This document shows positions 55,461 through 64,000 of a stretch of 64,000 nucleotides of DNA, piece by piece. Below the pieces are notes generated by a model. It did not search any database. It worked only from the letters and a program-made list of their open reading frames with translations, and was not told the DNA's origin. Positions within the stretch are counted from its first letter, which is position 1. Each line of letters begins with the position of its first letter. Source of the DNA: Octopus sinensis (lineage: Eukaryota); the NCBI RefSeq assembly GCF_006345805.1, contig NC_043009.1, forward strand, positions 50,840,001-50,904,000, given 5' to 3'. The position numbers were made by a program, and so were the translations under genes.

Positions 55461-56035
55461 ATTTGTTGCTTGATTTATTCAGAGAAGGGGGTCATGTGAG
55501 TTATGTCACGAAGGACAATATCTCCTTGACTTTGAAATAAATCAAGGAATTAACTGACAAGGAGGAAAGTGATATACCATTGCCTTGCCATAAACGATAG
55601 AAACTACCAAAGCAGTAGCTAGACGAAGCTCTCGCTGATAATGTGGATTATTACAATTTACAGGAGTTTGTGAATGTTTTGGTGTTGTTCTTTCATCAGC
55701 AACATCGCCATTCCTTGGTTCACACGATTAAGAATGCTTTCAGTCTGTTGAAAGTTGCTGTAGACAGTTCTTAATACATTAAAGAACAAGTGTAGCAGAT
55801 AACAAAATAAGTTCCTAAAGCAGATTCATTCAGTTCCCGCACACATGCTCAACTCACTGACTTTCACCCACTGAATTCGGCTTTCTTGGCAGCACTACAT
55901 CTTTGACTAAGAACCGTGTAATACTCTTGGACCAAACACTGATTTACGTCATCATAAGTGATCCTTACACCGAAGAATTTCTCTGGATCAGGAAAATCAA
56001 GACCAGTACGTCTGAAAAAGACACAGCCGATAACA

Positions 56036-56279
56036 TAAGTAACATAAGATGTTAAGCATAAGCCTTAAAGAAATCATCTTTGTAGGTTTGATGAAAGGCC
56101 GTCAATTCCTTTTTGAGTGCATTCACCCTTGTAGACAAACACAGTTATTTGTCTTATCATTTGTCCGTCTATACTCTATACAGCTGAACGAGGCCCGAGA
56201 GTGGTGTGGCCGATTTAGTCAGCGATAGTCAGATTACAAAGCAAGACTGGTTTACATAATTACTGGTAGCAGGAAAGTT
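56036..56279 (+). repeat. 244-bp direct repeat, copy 1
   Basis: About 8 substitutions versus 58644-58887. Confidence 0.9.
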
Positions 56280-56701
56280 TTGACGTGAGGTAAAATGATG
56301 GCATAACATAGAGCAGTGACAATTTAAATTTATACAGTTTAGACACTCCGGCAGACATTTATATGATGCAATTTTACACTTTTCAACACATCATTGATTA
56401 AATCATTTACCGTAGCCGCTTGTTGAGCGTTATATACGAAAATTGGATATTCTGGTTTAGTGAAGTGCCTGTTAAGCGGTATGTGAAATAGAACCGAAAC
56501 CAGCCAGAACGATACCAATTTTTCTACCCACAGAAATCGTTAGAACATTTGTTTACATTTTTCCAGTGCTCGACCTCACTACAGTGATTGTTAAAGCCTG
56601 TGTTACTTAAATGCGTTATATGGGTGAAAGTAAGAGGAAAATGAGCAGGCTGACACATGAACATATTAGCAATCAAATCTCACCTCGAATAAAACATTAC
56701 C

Positions 56702-56931
56702 TATTTCTTTATTACCCACAAGGTGCTAAACACAGAGAGGACAAACAAGGACAGACAAAGGGATTAAGTCGATTACATCGACCCCAGTGCGGAACTGGTA
56801 CTTAATTTATCGACCCCGAAAGGATGAAAAGCAAAGTCAACCTCGGCGGAATTTGAACTCACAACGTAACGACAGACGAAATACCGCTAAGCATTTCATC
56901 CGGCGTGTTAACGTTTCTGCCAGCTCGCTGC
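56702..56931 (-). mobile_element. SINE family B, tail type 1 (monomer)
   Basis: 10-bp TSD aaacattacc at 56692-56701 and 56932-56941. Confidence 0.9.
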
Positions 56932-57279
56932 AAACATTACCACCTCAAGAAAGCAAAGACATATTTGATAGTATAGCCCTAGATACTTTATGTCTAAAAA
57001 ATATTTTAACGTGATATGAAATTGTCATGTTTGGTAAGCCTTTGATCGTAGCTCTATCTGCTCGATCAGAAATGACCTGGGGTTAAACAACCACAAGACC
57101 ACAGCGAGAAAAATAACTGAAAGGGGATCAAATGGAGATTCTTTGGAATAGTCTAAACCGGCTGGAGTTTCTTCTTTAACCTTCTGCCTGTCCTGTGTAA
57201 CACGTGACAAACTGGACATATTTCCTTCGGGATCATGCGTCATATATGATACACATTCCCCAATTTTTGTTTTCGACCA

Positions 57280-57530
57280 TTAGAGTACCTTGGAACTTAT
57301 GAAAGGGACGCTTTATATTACTCTATGAAACAAGAGCTGAATAAAAGTCTGAAAACAAGCATGGATCAAACCTTTAACAGAAACGTATGAAAATGCTCTG
57401 GGCAGGCAAAAGGTTAAATGCTGGTATCAGTGGCGGAATCAAAGTAAAGCCAATGAAGGCGAATTTAAGACATAGGAAGGACTGTTGATATGAAATGGGT
57501 TTCTGTCATTTAGGACTACGTAAACCAAGA
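57280..57530 (+). mobile_element. Possible decayed LINE fragment (R4/NeSL-like)
   Basis: LEYLGTYERDALYYSMKQEL...KRLNAG loosely resembles YKYLG..E...MKE...KLNAG. Confidence 0.25.
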
Positions 57531-57736
57531 GTATACTTTTGTGACCATTCAATCTTTGATTTTATCAATTTACTTGATAACAAAGTAATTAAAATTATTG
57601 GCCAGAATCTCAAGGTCATCATGGCGACTATAAATATGTTGATTGCAATCACTGGTCAATAATCTGACCATAAAATTAAAGAGAGAAGTTCTCGTATCTA
57701 CTCCTGGTATGATACCGAAGCGCGCGCGCACGCACG

Positions 57737-57816
<80 letters not shown>

Positions 57817-57909
57817 CACTCTCTGTCTCTTTTTCTCTCTCGGATTCTAGTCCCACTACCCCACCTTTCCTACCTCTCTCCCTATCGTCCTATCTCTATC
57901 ACTCTTTTT

Positions 57910-57957
<48 letters not shown>

Positions 57958-58384
57958 GTATACATACACACACAATAACACACATACATGCAGGCAGAGA
58001 TACGTGTGTGCATATCTGCATTTGTATTATATACCCCATAAGTCTGTCAGGTTTTCAAATCTAATATACGTTTCAATTTCTTAATTATAGTGGATATACA
58101 CTCAAGCGGATAAACACATATTCACGCTCATGCATACGCATATAATATAATATATACCATACATTATATGTGTGTGTGTGAACCTGTGTGTATGTGTTTA
58201 TGTATGTCTGTACGTGCGCGCGCGCGTTTATGTGTGTATTGATCCACAATAATTTATGCGAATTGAAATCTACCAAATTATCTCGCATCTCCAAAACTTT
58301 GAAACTCCTTTACTCAGTTGCACTGTAGTGACATCTCAACAACCATAACTGGATCAGTCTTTTAGTCATTTGTTTCATTCTAAT

Positions 58385-58550
58385 ATAGGTTCCAAATTTT
58401 AGCACAGGGCTAGCAATTTACGGGGAGGAGGTAAGTGGATAGCATCGACCCCAGTGCTGAACTGGTACGATTTTAACAGCCCCGAAAGGATGAAACACAA
58501 AATCAACTTCGGCGTCATTTGAACTCAGAACGTAGAGACGGACGAATTGA
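58385..58550 (-). mobile_element. SINE family B, tail type 2
   Basis: ccccgaaaggatgaaacacaaaatcaacttcggcg. Confidence 0.7.
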
Positions 58551-58643
58551 AAATGGAATATGGCTGTGATTAACAGTAATGGAATGCCGCAAACTTATAA
58601 GAAACGTTATGAAATTTCAAAGCGTAAGCGTGTGGTGAATAAC

Positions 58644-58887
58644 TAAGTAACATAAGATGTTAAGCATAAGTCTTAAAGGAATCCTCTTTGTAGGTTTGCT
58701 GAAAGGCCGTCAATTCCTTTTTGAGTGCATTCACCCTTGTAGACAAACACTGTTATTTGTCTTATCATTTGTCCGTCTATACTCTATACAGCTGAACGAG
58801 GCCCGAGAGTGGTGTGGCCAATTTAGTCAGCGATAGTCAGATTACTAAACAAGACTGGTTTACATAATTACTGGTAGCAGGAAAGTT
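58644..58887 (+). repeat. 244-bp direct repeat, copy 2
   Basis: See copy 1. Confidence 0.9.
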
Positions 58888-59074
58888 GAAAAAGTGCGAA
58901 TATATATTTGAATTTGTAAAGATTGTTGCCAGATAAAACAGTGCCGGGCAAGAATATAATTCAGGTTAATAGTTCTAAAAATGGCGGATATCGCATACCG
59001 CCAGTTTGCTGTATAATTTTTGCAGTCTTTGTCTCCGTTATAAATTATTGACTTTTACATAATTTAATATTTTC

Positions 59075-59226
59075 TGCTAGGGAGGGAACTAGTTGATTTC
59101 ACCGACCCCGAACCAATGAAAGGCAAAGTCAACCTCAGCGGAATTTGAACTCAGAACGTAAAGACGGACGAAATGCCTCTAAGCATTTTGCCTGGCGTGC
59201 TAACGATTCTGTCAGCTCACCGTCTT
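59075..59226 (-). mobile_element. SINE family B
   Basis: gaaaggcaaagtcaacctcagcggaatttgaactcagaacg. Confidence 0.75.
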
Positions 59227-61492
59227 AACAACAACAATATAATATAAACTTTTCAAATATTTTGGTGCGTGACTTTTGGCCCACCATGTACATAAAAAAC
59301 GGCGATGGTGGGAGTACTGATAAAGTGTTTGTATTAAAATAGGAGGGGATTGTTAAAAATGTGTGGGAAATCCTGATGTAGATGAAATTGGGCCGTCACA
59401 TTGGCCAAGTACCTTTAGCAAGACCTAATTAGTAGAGACTAAAACACCAAAAGGATTTAATGAATCAATAAATAGAGCCACTATTTAGGGATGTAGCAAA
59501 GCAGCTGGAATATAAAGACGTAAGGTAAAAGTAAATACTTTAGAAAGTTGAAGGGTTTTAAAGATAATCCAGCAAGATTTTGTGTAAAGAAGTGTTTGGG
59601 CTTCCAATGAAATACCATGGAGTGTATTAATAAATCACCTTTGATCTTTTTTATTCATTTTTTAAATAAAATTCCGGCGACGAGGATTAACTCTGGATCC
59701 CACACCCCGCGTAGTTCGTGAATTTAGAGGGTTTAGATTTGCGATTCTATCCCATTATTTTCCATCGTAGAATTGCAGATTCCTAAATATTCCGCTCGCA
59801 CATTCACAATAAACAAGGCATAATTTCAGACTTTTGATCGTGCAGGTGTATTTTTACCCACTCCGATGTTTACACACGACCAGTTTTACGTCGCTATGAG
59901 TAGAGCAACGGACTCCAGTAATTTGAAAATTAGTGTCGACCAAACAGAAAATATCGTCTACAAAGCAGTTTTGTAATCATGTTGATATTATCGAAAGGAA
60001 TATGGTATATAATTTAAGTAACGAAATTTGTGAACTTTAAGTGTATAAGAGTATAAACAAGCATAAAATAGTGTAAACAACTAAAATAAAAGTATATAAA
60101 AATAAAATTTTTTCTTGATACTTTTTATGTAGTAATCGAAGAAAGCTCCGCCTTTCGTAAGGAGTCGTTCACATAAGCATTCATGATATAGAGGCTGAGA
60201 GCTTATTTCAGTTCGGGAGTGAATCGTCACTATATGTCACTTAGTCGCCAACACATGTCATATAGCTGCAATAGAATGCTGTATCACCAACAATAATGTG
60301 ATTTCTCTAAGACATCTATCAAGTCCATTTACACATTTCTCAATACATACTGCTGTTATGACTTCCCTCCCTCATTTTATGCCACCATCGTAGATGGGTA
60401 GATTGGTAGTATATATTATCTAATAAGGACAGGAGATATTTTTATGAGCAACAATTAGTTGCATGTGCTGTGAGCATGCCAGACAGTATTTTTAAACATG
60501 TCTAGCATGTTCTCAGCACATGAAACTAATAGTAGCACATAAAAACATATATTGTGTTTATTAAATAATATTTATCTCTCACCAGATGGAGTAATGTTTT
60601 TTATCTTACCATCACGGAACAGTATACTACACACCACACACACACACACCACACACACACACACACACATATATATATGAAGAGAAAGGGAAAAAGAGAC
60701 GTACAGGAGAATCTTGTGTAATACAGTGAGTTAAGAAAAAATGTAATTTCGGTTACCGAGATTACCGTTGCAATTAGAATACAAAAATTCCCTGTAGGAC
60801 TGCTTTAAAATTTAAAAGCAACTTACCACACAGATCAGGTGATACAAATTTCGGATCAGCTAACTGAAGTCTTTCGATTCACTATACTACATACGTCAAA
60901 ACGCGTGCAAAGCGCTCTCATATTTTCTCTCAGCACTCGTGTGTGAGGTAAATGTGTGTGCAAGTGTGTATGTGTGTGTACTAACCTTTCATCTCCCACT
61001 TTTTATCAATCACTCTTTCTGTCTGGCGGTCTGTTTCTCACTCTCGGTCTCTCTTTCTCTCTCTCTCTATCTATACTTCCCCTGTCATTTCGCTTTCTTT
61101 GTAATCCTTCAGTTTATAAATAAAGATGTAAACATTTTCTTCTTAAATTCTTCAAATTACAACATCTTATTTCATTTGATATTTTTACACAAGAAAATAG
61201 TTTTATTTAAAAAACAAATTCTTATATTCTAAAATATTATATCGATTTACTGTCTTGCCTCTCTCATTGTCTACTGGCGTGTCTGTCTGCATGTTTCTCT
61301 CTCCCCCTCTCTCTCTCTCTCTTTCTTTCTCTTACTCACTCACTAACTCTATTTCTCTCCTTCTTACTCTCTCCAAACATTATATTCGTGTGTGCATATG
61401 AAAGACAAAGGGTTATAGTTGAATCGAGAATAGATCTTGACTCCAACGTTCGAATCATTTAGACGTATATTTACACATACATACGTGCTCAC

Positions 61493-61542
<50 letters not shown>

Positions 61543-61889
61543 TACTGATTACAGTCACTGAACTTCGTGCAAGCAGGTGTACCATCTCTAGGGGGCTTAA
61601 TCGATTTTACGTCAAATACTTTGCATTATTGTTCTCGATAGAAACCCAAAATGGGAGATCACTCGGCCATGCATAAATTACAAAAATACCGCAAGGTATT
61701 TTTATTATTTTGTTCCACTCACTAGTTTTGTTCACTCTATGCATATATATAACATTCAGACATCCCCAGTCAACTCGTTTGCTCCCCTTGGTGCATCTAA
61801 GCCCTTCGGCATCGCACTAACTTCACATTCCTTTCTTCCCAGACCCTGGGACCTTTGGAGTCTGTAGCCGGCACCTGTCTTTCCTGCAG

Positions 61890-62004
61890 GCATTGAGCTG
61901 CAACATTCTAAACATTCTAAACGGAACATTAACGGCATCAAACTCACCGGTCTCGAAGAGCTTGCAAATGTCATGGGCATTCAAATGTACTCCAGATTCA
62001 ACAA
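61890..62004 (+). CDS. Candidate isolated coding exon, product unknown
   Basis: tgtctttcctgcag|G acceptor, AA|gtaatg donor; reads GIELQHSKHSKRNINGIKLTGLEELANVMGIQMYSRFN. The in-register antisense frame is also open with a GTGAGT donor, so strand is not certain. Confidence 0.35.
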
Positions 62005-62033
62005 GTAATGTACATGCGTGTGGGATGTGTCTG

Positions 62034-62073
<40 letters not shown>

Positions 62074-62089
62074 ACACACACATACACAA

Positions 62090-62159
<70 letters not shown>

Positions 62160-62475
62160 ATATATATATATATATAGGAGACCAAAAGTGTACGTACGCC
62201 GCTATATGTATATATATATATATATATATATTAATTATAATAAAGGGTTAATTGCAACAAGTTGCTCAAAACCACATACCGAAAATATTAGAAATGGCAG
62301 CCAAATAGGTCACCATTTCTCCTACTAGTAAAAAAGTCTCCACAAACAAACAGAATTTGCAACACGTATATGGTAAAGAGAAAGAAAATAACGAAATCCC
62401 AGCCTATTTGGATTAATTATAGACGAAATCGTTTCTGAATTAGAACCAGAGGTTTATTTCCTTGTCAATATAATA

Positions 62476-62983
62476 TCTATATATATAAAACTGTAGTTGT
62501 GTGAGTGTCTGTCCCCTTCGATTTAGATTCCTAACTACTCCTACATTTTGCGGTGCAGTTTAACCAAATTCGGGTATCTTATAGTCGTGATTCATATCGA
62601 GCCCGTCTGAGTATTAGCGCGCGTCTACGATGAGTCTACGATTTTAAAAATAATTTAACATCATTTTTTATTCCATTTTAATGCATAATTTTTCGTGTGT
62701 CGATGGCGGCGGAGTTGGCGTCCATGGTCACACCTGCACCTGTTTGCTTCTCCCCCTTCTTCCCTCCTTCGCTGTGGGGAAGGGAGTGTAAGGAAATCAA
62801 CGTCGTAAAGCGTTGTCAAGGAGACCAGCGTTCTTTTAGAACAACGACTTCATGGTTTGAAGACACCAAAACAGAAATGGCTAAGAAAACCTGAATTGGC
62901 ATCTATAAGGGAAGTAACTCTCTAAAAATGCTTATATAGTTATTTCCCTTACAAACCCGAGCAACGCCGGGCGATACTGCTAG
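62476..62983 (+). mobile_element. Non-autonomous Helitron
   Basis: A|TCTATATATATAAAACTG...CCCGAGCAACGCCGGG (62956-62971)...CTAG|T; no TSD. Confidence 0.9.
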
Positions 62984-63105
62984 TTTCTTATAAATCTAGA
63001 AATGCTAGGGAAAAAAACTCACCCACTACACCGGCTCGATCAGGCGACATCGAACGATCTAATGGTCTGCCAGCATCTCTACATTTATATAGACAGGCGA
63101 ATTCG

Positions 63106-63138
<33 letters not shown>

Positions 63139-64000
63139 TATATATAAACAAAACAAAAAATGGAACAAGAACGTAACAAGCAACAGCAAAACATCCGGAC
63201 ATTGGTCTCCTGTATGCAAGTATATATATATATATATATTCTGTACGACTCTTTTACTTTTTCTTTTAGACCCTTTCACACTTTCTTCGTTCTTTCCACC
63301 TTTCTCGTTCCCCCCTCTCACATTTTTTGGCCTTCCCTTCATTATCATCACTTCCCCTCCCTTTTTACTTCCCTTGTACCTCACTCTGTCCCTTTCCTTT
63401 CTTTTTTCTCTTTCTCGTCCCTCTCTAATTCTCCAATCCCTCTACACTCTACCACTCTCCCTTCCTTCCACGTGACCGGTGTTCCGCCAAGCCTGACCTT
63501 TCTTTCTTGGTTCGGCTACCATCCGTGAAGCATTTCTTATATACCTTCCCATGACTGTCATCTCTTATGTTCCTGCCGTTAGGCTTCACTCCACAAACGC
63601 CAGCTTAATTTCATTCTTCCTTAGTCGAAAGACACCTGTTGTCTGTATTTGAAACTGTGTACCATTTCTCGTTTTTGTTTTTCGTCCTGTTTTCGTATAC
63701 ATTCGCTTGCTTTCTTCCAAAGAATCTTGTGCTCTTAGCTTAGATTTTTGGTGGGGCCGGCCAGATTGGCGCAGTCTCAAATGTAACCGGTCGAAACTGC
63801 AACGACGATCATGGAACTCGGCTGACGATAGATAGCTCCGAATGACCCATTCTTGTTTTTTCCTGTCCTTTTTTGTATCGTCTGTCTGAATGTTTTGTTG
63901 ATGCCTGTTATAGTTTTGTTTCATTTTTGTTTTGTTTTTATATATATATACATATATATATTGTTTTATTCCTTTTTTCTTTAACTTGCTTGAGTCATTA

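Noticed and set aside
60934-60947. 14-nt micro-exon (tctctcag|CACTCGTGTGTGAG|gtaaat)
   Set aside because: Joining it to the 61890 candidate exon puts TGA in frame; no other support.

Overview
AT-rich, microsatellite- and SINE-dense animal genomic DNA. The repeat families look like those of a coleoid cephalopod (Octopus); this is an inference from recognised repeats, not a database result. Almost all ORFs in the supplied track are microsatellite translations. One host coding exon is well supported: the first coding exon of an ephrin on the minus strand (1281->1157). It encodes a signal peptide plus HTLYWNKTNT and ends at a GTAAGT phase-2 donor; the rest of the gene lies left of the window. A ~10 kb SINE-free, CpG- and triplet-repeat-rich block upstream is probably its regulatory domain. 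The rest holds three tRNA-type SINE families, decayed CR1, RTE and Tx1/L1 fragments, two Helitron copies, hAT and mariner MITEs, hammerhead-like relics of Penelope-type repeats, and a 100-N gap flanked by a probable false duplication. The most notable pattern is a SINE (family B) that repeatedly inserts at GGT(A/T) sites, carries that site internally, and builds nested head-body-tail-body-tail arrays. Also notable are a Tx1 LINE sitting inside a (GATA)n tract and a 175-bp foldback with a pre-miRNA-sized core. All motif calls were made by eye and need alignment or folding confirmation.
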